Shown here: piece by piece, positions 9,814 to 19,107 of the stretch
Numbering within the stretch: the first letter of the stretch is position 1
Layout of the letters: every line of letters begins with the position of its first letter
IMG/VR virus record: IMGVR_UViG_3300026333_000001
Location: 1-58,298 of that record
DNA from: a virus
Lineage: Duplodnaviria > Caudoviricetes
Length of the DNA stretch: 58,298 bases
Reading direction: 5' to 3' (one strand)
The notes under the pieces: model-generated
Seen by the model: the letters and a program-made list of their open reading frames with translations, nothing else
What the model was told of the DNA's origin: nothing
Database searches by the model: none
Translations under genes and position numbers: made by a program

Positions 9814-10401
9814 TCAGGTCGCCACGCAGTACGGCGCGAAGTTCGCCACCGCCGGGGTGGCGATCGTCGCCGGGGCCGTCGCGGTCAGCGAAGACCCGGA
9901 CGTCTGCGCGAGGTTGCGCTCACCCGTGACGACCGGCTTGACCCCGATCGAACCCAGCAGGCTCGGGACGGTGGTGGCCTTGACGTGAATGGCCGCCCAG
10001 TACACGCCCGTCTTGGGCACCGTGTACGCGGCGGTCAGCGCCTTGGTCTGCGCCGTGAACGCCGCCCACGCCGTCGACGTCTGGTCGGCGGTCTGGGCGA
10101 TCAGCGCCGGGGTCGCGGAGAGGTCGTACAGCGCGAACCACCAGTTCGTGGGGGTACCGGCCGCGGTGGCGCCGGACACGAACGACAGGTTCGTGACGAC
10201 GTCGCCCATGGCCAGCAGGAGCGGCACCGACGTCATGACCTGGGTGGTCAGCGCCACGCTGCCGCTGTCGCTGGCCGAGTCGTACAGGCCAACACGCGGC
10301 TGGGTGGCCCGGTAGAACTGTGTGGGCGACGTGGGGGCCATGGTCCCGTACGCCGCGAGGGCATCACGGACGATGCCGTTGTAGAGGCCGAGCTGCGTCA
10401 C
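9814..10401 (-). CDS. Putative head decoration / structural protein
   Basis: 195 aa, Thr/Ala-rich, beta-strand character, two genes after the capsid gene. Confidence 0.55.
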   Translation of the reverse strand: MTQLGLYNGIVRDALAAYGTMAPTSPTQFYRATQPRVGLYDSASDSGSVALTTQVMTSVPLLLAMGDVVTNLSFVSGATAAGTPTNWWFALYDLSATPALIAQTADQTSTAWAAFTAQTKALTAAYTVPKTGVYWAAIHVKATTVPSLLGSIGVKPVVTGERNLAQTSGSSLTATAPATIATPAVANFAPYCVAT

Positions 10402-10763
10402 TGGTCCTCACCCTTCTTGCTTGCGAGGATCGCGTCACGCTGGTCGGTGATCCCCTTGCGGTTCTTGCCTTCGGCCTCGGCGTCCAGGACGCGGAGCGCC
10501 TCGTCGCTGTCGGCGTCCTTCAGGTAGGCCAGCACGGACGGCATGTCGTGCTCGCTCGGGTCGAACGGGCCGTCCGACTTCGGGGTCTGCCGCTGCACCT
10601 TCGGCGCCTCCACCGGCTCGACGTGGTAGCCCGCGCCACGGCAGTACGCCAGTACGGCGGGGTGGATCTCCTCGTCGATGACGGCCCTGCCGTCGGTGAA
10701 CTCGACGCCGCTGATCGACCCGACGTAGTTCGGTTCGGGTGCGGTGACGTTGAATTTCGCCAT
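10398..10763 (-). CDS. Hypothetical head-associated protein
   Basis: MAKFNVTAP...GVEFTDGRA..., C-terminal EAEGKNRKGI helical motif common after major capsid genes. Confidence 0.65.
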   Translation of the reverse strand: MAKFNVTAPEPNYVGSISGVEFTDGRAVIDEEIHPAVLAYCRGAGYHVEPVEAPKVQRQTPKSDGPFDPSEHDMPSVLAYLKDADSDEALRVLDAEAEGKNRKGITDQRDAILASKKGEDQ

Positions 10764-10771
10764 GTCGCGCC

Positions 10772-11791
10772 TCACTGAACCTTGACCGCGCGCAGCACGG
10801 CCGCGGATTTCGTGTTCTTCAAGACGCAGGCGATCGGGCCCATCTCGACCTCACCCGACTTGACGGCGCCCGCGACGGTGAAGTCCGGCAACCACGTCTT
10901 GACCATGGCCGAGCCGGACACGCTGACGCCGTGGAAGGCGTCGAGCCCGAAGGTCACCGCGTACAGGTCGGTGGTGCCGGTGCCGGAGATGGGGATGATC
11001 GGCGCGGAGCCGTCATGGCGGTCGCCGATGTCGATCAGCGCCCAGTCGCCGTAGTGGCCGACCAGCCCGCCGACGGTGTCCTTCTCGGAGGTGAACATCG
11101 ACGCCCACCGGGCCAGTGCCCGGATGCGCGCGATGGCCTTGGTGTTCCCGAGGATGGCCTTCGTGCCCGCGGGTAGCGCGCCCGGCTCGCCCTGGTCACC
11201 GGATCCGGTGTGGGACGGCACGACCAGCGACAGCCAGTCATCCAGCTCGTCCAGCCGCATCTGCGCCAGCGCCTGCGTGTTGGTCGTAGCGGTGGTCCAG
11301 TCCGCGGACCCGGCCACGTACCCGGCGGTCTTCTCCGTGGACTGCCCGGTCAACGACTTGGACAGGCCGTCGAAGCCGTTCGAGTCGACCGCGGTGTCAC
11401 CGAGAACCAGCTCCTGCTGGAAGCGGATCTTCGTTCCGACCAGCAGCTGCTGCATCTGAAAGGAGATCTCGTTCGTGGCCGTCGGACCGAGGTTCGCCAG
11501 CACACGGTCCACTGTGAACGCGCCGCCGAAGGGTTTCAGGTCGACACTGAACCGCTGCCGACCGGCCTGGCCGGGGGTGTACTCCGTATTGAGAGCACGG
11601 AATGACGCCCCGACGGCGTTGGTGAGCCGCGTGTAGCCGAAGGTGAGCGTGGACCCGCCACCGGCGGGGTTGACGCAGTCCTCCCACACCATGTGGTCGA
11701 GCAACCAGCTGTAGCGGCGAAGGTTGTCGATGACGCTGAAATCGACGTCGTTCAGCGTGTTCACCGCCGCCTGCGCGAGCGTGACGGGCAT
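10772..11791 (-). CDS. Major capsid protein
   Basis: 339 aa; MPVTLAQA, FRALNTEY, GD...NGFDGL motifs; follows the scaffold gene. Confidence 0.92.
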   Translation of the reverse strand: MPVTLAQAAVNTLNDVDFSVIDNLRRYSWLLDHMVWEDCVNPAGGGSTLTFGYTRLTNAVGASFRALNTEYTPGQAGRQRFSVDLKPFGGAFTVDRVLANLGPTATNEISFQMQQLLVGTKIRFQQELVLGDTAVDSNGFDGLSKSLTGQSTEKTAGYVAGSADWTTATTNTQALAQMRLDELDDWLSLVVPSHTGSGDQGEPGALPAGTKAILGNTKAIARIRALARWASMFTSEKDTVGGLVGHYGDWALIDIGDRHDGSAPIIPISGTGTTDLYAVTFGLDAFHGVSVSGSAMVKTWLPDFTVAGAVKSGEVEMGPIACVLKNTKSAAVLRAVKVQ

Positions 11792-11805
11792 TGTTTCTCC
11801 TTGGC

Positions 11806-12567
11806 TTAGCCCCCGCCGTGGTAGGCACCGCGGAGGGCTTCATTGAGGCTCTTGGGCCTCTTGTTGGTGGCGGCCGGGGGGCCGCCGGGGATCTCCCCGC
11901 CGGAGCGGGACGGTGCCGCCGTCAAGGCGAACCGCGGTTTCTTCGCGAACTCGCGAGCGACCTTCGCGACGGCCTTGGTCAGGTCGTCGTCCTCGAACTC
12001 GTCCCCGAGCTCGGCCGCGACCGCGTCCCGGAACGAGCCGCTGTCCAGCAGCGCGTCCGCGTCCGCGTTGACCGCGCTGGCGGCGCTGCGAACGGCGTCC
12101 CGGTAGGCGTGTTCGGTCTGGGTCGCCTCCAGCTCCTCAATACGCTCCTGGCGCTCTTCGAGCTGCTTGGCGAGGTCGTCCACGGTGGGTTCGCCGTCGG
12201 TGTCCAGGCCGAGGGTTTTGGAGATCTCGGCGAGGAGCGCCGTACGTGCTTCGTCGGCGGCCTGCTGCTTGGCGGCCGTTCGGGCGTTGCCCGCGTCGGC
12301 CCGTGCCTTCTTGAGCGCCTTCTGCGCCCAGTCGGGCAGAGACTTGACGTCCTGCGGGTCGTCGGGGTCGTCGCTGCCGGGCTTGTCGGGTGGCGCGCCG
12401 GGCGCCTGCGGCTTGCCCTGCTGCGGCTGCCCCCGGTTGGGCTTGCCGAGCGGCTGGTTGTTCGGTTGCGGGTCGTTCTGCGGGGCCGGTTCCTGCGCGC
12501 CGGGCGCGGCCGGGTCTCCGCCGGGCTGTCCACCCTCGGGCGCGCCAGGCGCCGCCGGTGTGGTCAT
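11806..12567 (-). CDS. Capsid scaffolding protein
   Basis: Pro/Gln-rich N-terminus, LPDWAQK..KKARADA motif, coiled coil; directly upstream of the capsid gene. Confidence 0.85.
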   Translation of the reverse strand: MTTPAAPGAPEGGQPGGDPAAPGAQEPAPQNDPQPNNQPLGKPNRGQPQQGKPQAPGAPPDKPGSDDPDDPQDVKSLPDWAQKALKKARADAGNARTAAKQQAADEARTALLAEISKTLGLDTDGEPTVDDLAKQLEERQERIEELEATQTEHAYRDAVRSAASAVNADADALLDSGSFRDAVAAELGDEFEDDDLTKAVAKVAREFAKKPRFALTAAPSRSGGEIPGGPPAATNKRPKSLNEALRGAYHGGG

Positions 12568-12582
12568 GTGGTTCTCCCTGTG

Positions 12583-12735
12583 TTACTTCGCCCTCGACTT
12601 GAGGGACGTCTTCTTGTGGTGACGCTTGGCCGCCGCGGCGCGGGCCCGGACCTTCGGGTTGTGCTGCGTGATCCAGCCCGCGAGGCGCTTCGAGCCGACC
12701 TTGCTGGCCAGCGCGTCGAACTTCGGGCTTGCCAT
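12583..12735 (-). CDS. Small highly basic protein (50 aa)
   Basis: MASPKFDALASKVGSKRLAGWITQHNPKVRARAAAAKRHHKKTSLKSRAK; TGATG coupling to the upstream gene. Confidence 0.7.
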   Translation of the reverse strand: MASPKFDALASKVGSKRLAGWITQHNPKVRARAAAAKRHHKKTSLKSRAK

Positions 12736-13280
12736 CAGCGGCCGCGGGCGATGCTCTGGCTGATGGCCGTCCGCGAGTCGAGGCTGAGCCCGCCCTTGGG
12801 CCGGGCGCGGGACGCGGCGGCCTTGGGCTTGGCGGCCTTGAGCGGGCGCTTCTTCGTGGCGAGTGTCGCCTTCTTGTGCACCCTGCCGGTTGCCTGCTTG
12901 AGCATCGCCGCGGTGACGACGCCGTTGGCCTTCATGCCGTGCGCCTTCTGCCATTTCTTGACCGCGGCGGTGGTCTTCGGACCGAGCTTGCCGTCGACGA
13001 GCAGCGCCTTGCCGTGCGCATCCGTCATGTGCAACCGGTTCAGCGTTGTCTGCAGCCTCTTGACTCGCGGGTCGCCGTGCGGGGATCCGTAGCCGGTGCC
13101 GGTCTTGCCGTTGAAGCTCATCGAGCCGTGACCGGCGCTGGCCGCGTGGTGCTTCCTCGCGGCGGGCTTCGCCACCGGCTTGGTCGGCTTCGCCTTCGCG
13201 GCACCGCCCTTCCCGCCAGCGAACTCACCACCGGCCGGGCCCTTCGGGTTGCGCGGATGTACGGCAGCGTTCCAGGTCAC
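12735..13280 (-). CDS. Lys-rich protein with a peptidoglycan-binding (PG_binding_1-like) domain and an N-terminal HPR motif
   Basis: GTG start after GGAG; GDPRVKRLQ..LN...VDGKLGPKTTAAVKKWQKAHGMKANGVV is a PGBD signature. Confidence 0.8.
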   Translation of the reverse strand: MTWNAAVHPRNPKGPAGGEFAGGKGGAAKAKPTKPVAKPAARKHHAASAGHGSMSFNGKTGTGYGSPHGDPRVKRLQTTLNRLHMTDAHGKALLVDGKLGPKTTAAVKKWQKAHGMKANGVVTAAMLKQATGRVHKKATLATKKRPLKAAKPKAAASRARPKGGLSLDSRTAISQSIARGR

Positions 13281-13288
13281 AGCGGCTC

Positions 13289-14317
13289 CTATCCGTGGGC
13301 GTGCCGCCGTGGCGACGTGTGTCCGTAGTCGGTGCGCTCCCGCTGCCTCGACCGACGCAGCCCCTCGGCGGCGAGATGCTGACGCAGCTCGGCCTGCCAG
13401 GCGCGAACCTTCCGCGCGGCCTGCACACGGGTCAGGTCGTCGAGCGCGGCGGCCTGGCGGCGCTTCCAGGACCGGATGTGCCGTTCGATCGTGCGCTGGC
13501 GCTGCGTCGCCTCGTACGTGCCTGGCCGGTTCTGCAGCGAGTGCGGCGGCCACGTGAACCCCGGCCGCCACGCGAACAGGGTGTGATGGCAGTTCGGGTG
13601 AAACAGGCCGGCGCGGCGGGCGGTCGCGACGCTCGGACGGCGCGGATCAGCGCCGGTGATCGACAGCACCTTGTGCTCCCACGGGTCGCACAGCGGGCAC
13701 GGATGCGGGGACTCGGTGACGATCACCAGGTCGTCGCCTTCGGCCGGGAGCCGGTCGAGGAAGCCCGCGATGACGGCCTGGCCCGCCTCGTGCTGCACGG
13801 TCTGCCCGACGTAGCCGGTCAGGCTGTACGCGCGGCCGGTCGCGTCGCGGAAGCCGGTGATGCCGCGTCCGGCGTCGCGTTGCAGCATCCGGTCCGCTGC
13901 CGCCCGCGCGTCCTTCCCGGCGATCGCGGCGGTGAGCCGGTTCCACAGCGAGGTGACCCAGCCGAGGATCCCGGTCCGCAGCGCGGCGAGGCGCTGCAGC
14001 ACCTGCCGGACGGTGTCTTCGACGAGACGCCGCTCGTCGCCGTGGCCGCGACCGTACGCCTCACGCAACACCTGCGGTACGAGCCGCCTGGCTCGTGTCT
14101 CCGTGTGGTCGAGGATGCGGCGGACGGTGGTCTGCGTCGCGCCGGACCGCACGTGCATCTGCATGACGGGGTCCGGGGCGTTCAGCGCGGCCTTCACGTT
14201 CGCGGTGATGGCCAGCAGGATCGCCTGCTCGCCCTCGGCGTACACCTGCGTGACGGTGATGGCCAGGCCCTCGGCCAGCGAGGGTGAGGCAGACGCCGGG
14301 GGCGGCTCAGCGGTCAT
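13289..14317 (-). CDS. Phage minor capsid protein (MuF/minor capsid 2 family)
   Basis: GITGFRDATGR, CPLCDPWEHKVLS, AGLFHPNCHH, QRQR.IERHIR.WK motifs. Confidence 0.88.
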   Translation of the reverse strand: MTAEPPPASASPSLAEGLAITVTQVYAEGEQAILLAITANVKAALNAPDPVMQMHVRSGATQTTVRRILDHTETRARRLVPQVLREAYGRGHGDERRLVEDTVRQVLQRLAALRTGILGWVTSLWNRLTAAIAGKDARAAADRMLQRDAGRGITGFRDATGRAYSLTGYVGQTVQHEAGQAVIAGFLDRLPAEGDDLVIVTESPHPCPLCDPWEHKVLSITGADPRRPSVATARRAGLFHPNCHHTLFAWRPGFTWPPHSLQNRPGTYEATQRQRTIERHIRSWKRRQAAALDDLTRVQAARKVRAWQAELRQHLAAEGLRRSRQRERTDYGHTSPRRHAHG

Positions 14318-14619
14318 TGCCAGTTCGCACGCCGACGCTGGTCGTGTGCGATCGCTCGCGCGTCCATCGGCTGCCCGCACGAATGACAAGCCTTGCCGGG
14401 CGAGTTCTGGCCCGGTCCGAGAATGCCGCGCCGCCGTGCCTCCCTGACCCAGCGGTGCACGGTGCTCACGGGGAGGTCGTTCGCCTCGGCTAGGTGCTTG
14501 GCTGGGTGGTTCTTGCCCCAGATGATGTGCACGAGGGTCCAGCGCGCGGCGACCTGCTCGTAGAAGCCGTCAGGGTACGAACGGCCGGATGGGACGGTGA
14601 GCTTCAGGGTGGTCGTCAT
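14314..14619 (-). CDS. HTH protein with C-terminal CxxC
   Basis: PAKHLAEANDLPVSTVHRWVREARRRG HTH; CHSC. Confidence 0.7.
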   Translation of the reverse strand: MTTTLKLTVPSGRSYPDGFYEQVAARWTLVHIIWGKNHPAKHLAEANDLPVSTVHRWVREARRRGILGPGQNSPGKACHSCGQPMDARAIAHDQRRRANWQ

Positions 14620-14792
14620 CGTGCGCTCCTCACTCCAGGCGCCCGCTTGCGGGTCGGCAACCGCCGGTACCGGACCTTCGGGCCGCCCGGCGTCGCGTGC
14701 GCCTTCTCGTGCGCGTAGCGGCGCAGACGCGGGCTGCTGAAGAAAAGCCTCCATTGACTTCGCGATTTGAACCCCGTGTGACCGCCGGGCAT
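14616..14792 (-). CDS. Small basic protein (58 aa), below the ORF-track cutoff
   Basis: MPGGHTGFKSRSQWRLFFSSPRLRRYAHEKAHATPGGPKVRYRRLPTRKRAPGVRSAR; starts 2 nt after the portal stop, ATGA overlap with the next gene. Confidence 0.7.
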   Translation of the reverse strand: MPGGHTGFKSRSQWRLFFSSPRLRRYAHEKAHATPGGPKVRYRRLPTRKRAPGVRSAR

Positions 14793-14793
14793 G

Positions 14794-16398
14794 TCAGCCT
14801 CCGTACGCCGCCGGGTCCTGCTGCATCTGCCCGTCCGGGGTGCCCGGCCCGGTGGGCCCCATGCCGTCCCCCAGGCCGGGCACGCTCATCGACGACTGCT
14901 TCTCGTCGGTGATCTTCGCGACCTCCTCGGAGACGGCCGCGTCGTCCCAGTCCGGATGCACCAGCCGCACCAGCGTGTCCGTCGAAGCCGCCTCCGCCGC
15001 GCGCAGCATCTGCGCCGTCTGCGCCGTCGTCGTCGGGTCCTCACTGACGCCGTCGCCCCACTCCAGGTCCGGGCGGGAAGGTGTGACGTCGGTCTTGAAG
15101 ACGGCCCGGTCGATCAGCAGCAGCGTCTCGTAGAAGTCCGCGAGCTGCGGCCGCATGTAGTTGATCTTCCGGGAGCGGGTCGTGTACGACTTGCGTTCCC
15201 GCGCCGCGACCTCCGTGGCCGTCAGCGGGCGCGTGTTCTCCCCCTGCAGCCCGAACGTCTGCGCCTCATACCCGGCCGCCGACACGATGCGGGTCATCAG
15301 GTCGTAGGCGGTGTCCTTGTGCTCCTGCACACGGATCTTGAACTGGGACTGGGTGATCATGTTGTCGCCGGGGGCGGCGAGCATGTTCAACGCCTCGTAA
15401 ACCTCACGCTCCGGATCCCAGCGGGCGCCCTGCCCCTGGCCGAGGGACTGCATGTAGGTGTCCGGGACCAGCAGCCGGGCCTTGCCGAGACGGATGTCGC
15501 GCATCCACGAGCTCACGACCTCGTCGAGGGAGTCCATCAGCGACTCGGTGCCGGAGAAGTCCGATCTGCCCATCGGCGCGGCTGCGGGCAGCGAGCGCCA
15601 CAGCCGGTTTGGGCGCATGTTCGGGATGTAGACGGCCGTGAGCTTGTCGATGCCGGTCGGGATCGCGCCGGTCTCGTCGACGACGTCCGCGATCTTCTCC
15701 ATCTGCGGCACCTCGGACAGTGGGATCGGCTCGCCGAGATCCGTCGCCGTGCCCTCGTACAGGCCGTGCAGGATGTAGCCGGGCTCGTGACGTTCCAGAT
15801 GCCGGATCACGACCTGGTTCTCGTCCGAGAGTTCCCGCCAGAACGTGACCGCCGCCAGGCGACCCCACTGCCACTCCGGCACCGCGGCGTCCGCGTGCAC
15901 GGCATCGAGCCACGGGCGCTTGGCGAGCTCCTCGTCCCAGCACACCCGCAGGAACACGCCGCCGAGCGCCGCGCACACCTCCGCGGCCTCCAGCAGCGTC
16001 GCGTGGACGCCGTCGTCGATCAGCTCATCCAGGCGCTTCTGCGTGGCGTCGTCGTCGACCTTCACCGACGGTGGTTCGGCGAACAGCAGGTCCGCGGACG
16101 TGGCCGCGATGTCCGCGGCGATCGGGATGTGAAGCTTGGTGCGCTTCTGGTTGAGAGTGAACGGCTCACCCCAGAACCAGCGCGCGAACCAGCCCACGAC
16201 GCCGCCGCGGTACTGGCTCGGGTGCTCGCGGATGCGCGCCAGGCCGGTCGAGTCGTACGGTGCGGCCGAGTACGCGCCGTAGGTGCGGGCCAGGTCGTCG
16301 GGTGAGCCGGAGTACCAGGCCGACCAGGAGGCGAGGCGCTGATAGACGGGCTGCAGCGGCTCAGGCGGCCACGGGGTCTTGCCTGCTGGTAGCGGCAT
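14794..16398 (-). CDS. Portal protein (SPP1 gp6/A118-like)
   Basis: 534 aa; KLHIPIAADIA..SADLLF, GRSDF, TATEV motifs; synteny. Confidence 0.92.
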   Translation of the reverse strand: MPLPAGKTPWPPEPLQPVYQRLASWSAWYSGSPDDLARTYGAYSAAPYDSTGLARIREHPSQYRGGVVGWFARWFWGEPFTLNQKRTKLHIPIAADIAATSADLLFAEPPSVKVDDDATQKRLDELIDDGVHATLLEAAEVCAALGGVFLRVCWDEELAKRPWLDAVHADAAVPEWQWGRLAAVTFWRELSDENQVVIRHLERHEPGYILHGLYEGTATDLGEPIPLSEVPQMEKIADVVDETGAIPTGIDKLTAVYIPNMRPNRLWRSLPAAAPMGRSDFSGTESLMDSLDEVVSSWMRDIRLGKARLLVPDTYMQSLGQGQGARWDPEREVYEALNMLAAPGDNMITQSQFKIRVQEHKDTAYDLMTRIVSAAGYEAQTFGLQGENTRPLTATEVAARERKSYTTRSRKINYMRPQLADFYETLLLIDRAVFKTDVTPSRPDLEWGDGVSEDPTTTAQTAQMLRAAEAASTDTLVRLVHPDWDDAAVSEEVAKITDEKQSSMSVPGLGDGMGPTGPGTPDGQMQQDPAAYGG

Positions 16399-16847
16399 CA
16401 GGCGGGCCAGCCGAGGTCGCGCCGCATCTGAGCCTTCATCGCCTCACTGATCTGACGCTCGACGATGCCGCCCTGAGCGTAGACGTTCACCATTGGCGAG
16501 TCGTGGCCTCCGATGGCCTCGTAGGTGGCTTCGAAGACGCCGGGGGCGCAGCGGCGGAACTCGCCGTTGGCGTCCTTGACGATCCAGTCGCCCGCCTCGG
16601 CGCGTATTTCGCCGTCAGGTGTAGAGAAGATGATGGTCGGCTCCTCGAAGCTGCCGCCGAACAGGCCGTTGCACCACTTGGCGACGGCGCGGCCCGCCTC
16701 GCCGTCTGCACTCCCGGTGACGCGCACCGCGTCGACCTCCACACGCTTCTGGCGGAAGCGGGTCGCGAGCGTTGAGTTGGCCCGAACCCTCTGGAGTTCC
16801 GCCCACGCCTCGTCGAGGCGCTCGAGCGCGCGATCCAGTTCGTCCAT
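16398..16847 (-). CDS. Conserved phage hypothetical protein (EAVQ...GDWIV...C.P.VF..TYE family)
   Basis: RQKRVEVDAV...TPDGEIRAEAGDWIVKDANGEF..C.PGVFEATYE. Confidence 0.7.
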   Translation of the reverse strand: MDELDRALERLDEAWAELQRVRANSTLATRFRQKRVEVDAVRVTGSADGEAGRAVAKWCNGLFGGSFEEPTIIFSTPDGEIRAEAGDWIVKDANGEFRRCAPGVFEATYEAIGGHDSPMVNVYAQGGIVERQISEAMKAQMRRDLGWPA

Positions 16848-17183
16848 CGGGCCCCCTCGGTTCGGTCACGGTCAGTAGCGCAGGTCGCGAGACGACGGCG
16901 GGAAGTAGGCTTGCCCGCCCGTGCGGGGTGGTGACTTGTCGCAGGTAAGGAGACGGGAGTGCGGAGAGTGACGAACGGCGGTGGTGGCTGCGGCCTGACA
17001 GGTGCTTGACACCGCCACGAGGCGAGTCGCTGACCTGCGCTAACTTGAGCAAGCGCAGCGATAACACGAGGGAACGCGTCCACCTGCGCTGATGGCGTCG
17101 CGGTTTGGTTGCTAATGGTGTTTATGTAAAGCTGGCCTGCTTGCTCTTGCTAGCGGATCGTCACTCTCGGTGCGACGACACGT

Positions 17184-17831
17184 CTACGCCTTGGGCTGAG
17201 CGTGCTGCCAGGTCGCGCCGCACGAACGCGAGCAGAAGCGGGTCTTGGCGTACTTGTTCTTCTTGAACGCATCACCGCAGTTCAGACAGTTGACCTCGAC
17301 CGCGTCGAGCCCCGCAGCACGTCGCCACGCGGACTTGCAGGCGTTGGAGCAGAACCGCTCGTTGCCGGTTGCGCTGCGGGTCAGGAAGCGGACGTCGCAC
17401 TGCTCGCAGTTGTGCTCGGTGTAGGCGCGTCCTTCCCACGTCCGCTTGCCATGCTCTCGATGCCAGGCCCGGCCCTCCTCGGAGCGGTGCCATTCGGCGG
17501 CCTTGGGCCGGACCTCGTCCATAAGCGCCCGTAGCTGCTGGCGTCTCTCCGAAGTCATCGAGGAGCCGTGATGCGCCCGATGGTCTTCACTAGCGATGCA
17601 GGCCAAGTTGGCAAGGTCGTTGTTCAACGTGTCGTGATCAACGTGGTGAACGTTGTGACCACTAGGGATCGGTCCGTTGGCGTCGATCCAGATCTCCTCG
17701 TGGAGCCGCCTTCGGCCCTTCTGGCGGTCGGCGATGCCGGGTACGTAGTACGCCCGTTCGGCCCACGTCTTGGCGTTGGGGTAGCGCCGGTATCGCACGC
17801 CCTTGAATACGATCACATCCACAATGGCCAC
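17184..17831 (-). CDS. Free-standing HNH endonuclease with two C-terminal zinc-finger repeats
   Basis: VHHVDHDTLNNDLANL HNH motif; two CxxC...FCSxxC repeats; probable leaderless GTG start 6 nt after TACAAT (17843-17838). Confidence 0.88.
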   Translation of the reverse strand: MAIVDVIVFKGVRYRRYPNAKTWAERAYYVPGIADRQKGRRRLHEEIWIDANGPIPSGHNVHHVDHDTLNNDLANLACIASEDHRAHHGSSMTSERRQQLRALMDEVRPKAAEWHRSEEGRAWHREHGKRTWEGRAYTEHNCEQCDVRFLTRSATGNERFCSNACKSAWRRAAGLDAVEVNCLNCGDAFKKNKYAKTRFCSRSCGATWQHAQPKA

Positions 17832-17853
17832 ATGGATATTGTATCGGCAAGCA

Positions 17854-19107
17854 TCACGCGGCGTCGGCCGGTCTAAGTTCCGGTCTCCATGCGGCTTCAG
17901 TGGTATGAATAGCGTAGCGCATCGCATCTACACAATGATCGTCGACCTTCACGGGCGCGTCCTCGCCCTTCGCGGCCTTGTCGTCGTCCCAGGAGTAGCC
18001 GGGCAGCTCGTTCAGCAGATTCCGGCACGAACGGTGGATGAACAGCCGGTCCTGCGCGAACAGGCTGGACACGGTGCGGATGCCGTCGAGGACGTCGTTG
18101 TTGCCGAGCGTCGGCGTGAGCTTGTCGCGGTACAGCTGCTGCACGAAGCTCGCGGCGGACGGGTCCACGACCGTCCACTGCGGGCGGATGCCCTTTACGT
18201 CGGTGCCCGGGATCGGTAGGCCGGCGAGCCAGCCACGCAGCCGCTCGGAGTATTCGCTGTCGGTGAGCTGCTTACGCTGGATCTTCGACGACCACCAGTA
18301 CTCGTGGGCGAGGTACAGGCGCCCGTCCGTGCCGACGCCGAGCATCAGGCCCGCGAACGGGTTCGTGGTGCCGTAGTCGATGCCCAGGGCGAGCCAGCGC
18401 CGCATCGGCGGGAGGATGTCGACGACGTGACGGTCCGGGTCGAACATCTCGTAGATGGCGCCTTCGGCCAGGCACCACTCGCCGAGGATGAACCGGCGGT
18501 ACCACAGGCCGGTGTACTCCAGCTTCAGCGAAGCGACGTACTCCGGGTCGAGGGACGGGTTGTCATCGAGGCCGAACCTGAAATGCCGCAGGTCCAGCTC
18601 GGGCGCCCGCAACAGGAAGTCCTGCCGCAGCCAGTGCGCCGGCCCGTCCGGGTTCGTGGTGGCGAACAGCTTCGCGTCCTTGACCGACAGGCGGGCGAGC
18701 ATCTGCTTCCAGAACGGCTCCGGCAGCAGCGTCGCCTCGTCGATGTAGGCGCCGGCCGCCGTGAGACCGCGAAGGCGCCCTTCGGCCTTGACGTCGTTGG
18801 CGGTGATGACCTCAATGGTCTTGCCGAGGATTGTCGCCGTGCCCGCACCGCGGGTGTACTTCACGTGCCTGGCCGCGTCCCCGAACAGCGTCGGGTCCGA
18901 CAGCGGGCTGAACACGTTACGGGCGACGGTGTCGAATGTCTTGCCGGACACCACCAGGTCGCCACCGCGCGGCGGGTCCGCGACGTACATCAGCCAGCGC
19001 AGCAGCGACGCGGTCGTCTTCCCCGACCGCACAGAGCCGTCCCACACGTTGATGCGGGCACCGCTGTGAGCGATCGAGCGCTCCTGCGCCTCACTCAGGA
19101 GGGGCAT
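17854..19107 (-). CDS. terL: Terminase large subunit
   Basis: Walker A GSVRSGKT, Walker B YIDEA, TTNP, GIDYG, VDPSAA, DDH.VDAMRY. Confidence 0.96.
   Translation of the reverse strand: MPLLSEAQERSIAHSGARINVWDGSVRSGKTTASLLRWLMYVADPPRGGDLVVSGKTFDTVARNVFSPLSDPTLFGDAARHVKYTRGAGTATILGKTIEVITANDVKAEGRLRGLTAAGAYIDEATLLPEPFWKQMLARLSVKDAKLFATTNPDGPAHWLRQDFLLRAPELDLRHFRFGLDDNPSLDPEYVASLKLEYTGLWYRRFILGEWCLAEGAIYEMFDPDRHVVDILPPMRRWLALGIDYGTTNPFAGLMLGVGTDGRLYLAHEYWWSSKIQRKQLTDSEYSERLRGWLAGLPIPGTDVKGIRPQWTVVDPSAASFVQQLYRDKLTPTLGNNDVLDGIRTVSSLFAQDRLFIHRSCRNLLNELPGYSWDDDKAAKGEDAPVKVDDHCVDAMRYAIHTTEAAWRPELRPADAA

Noticed and set aside
16848-17853. Group I intron or intein in terL carrying the HNH
   Set aside because: terL is complete with its own stop before the HNH; no convincing downstream exon or intron core elements were recognised.
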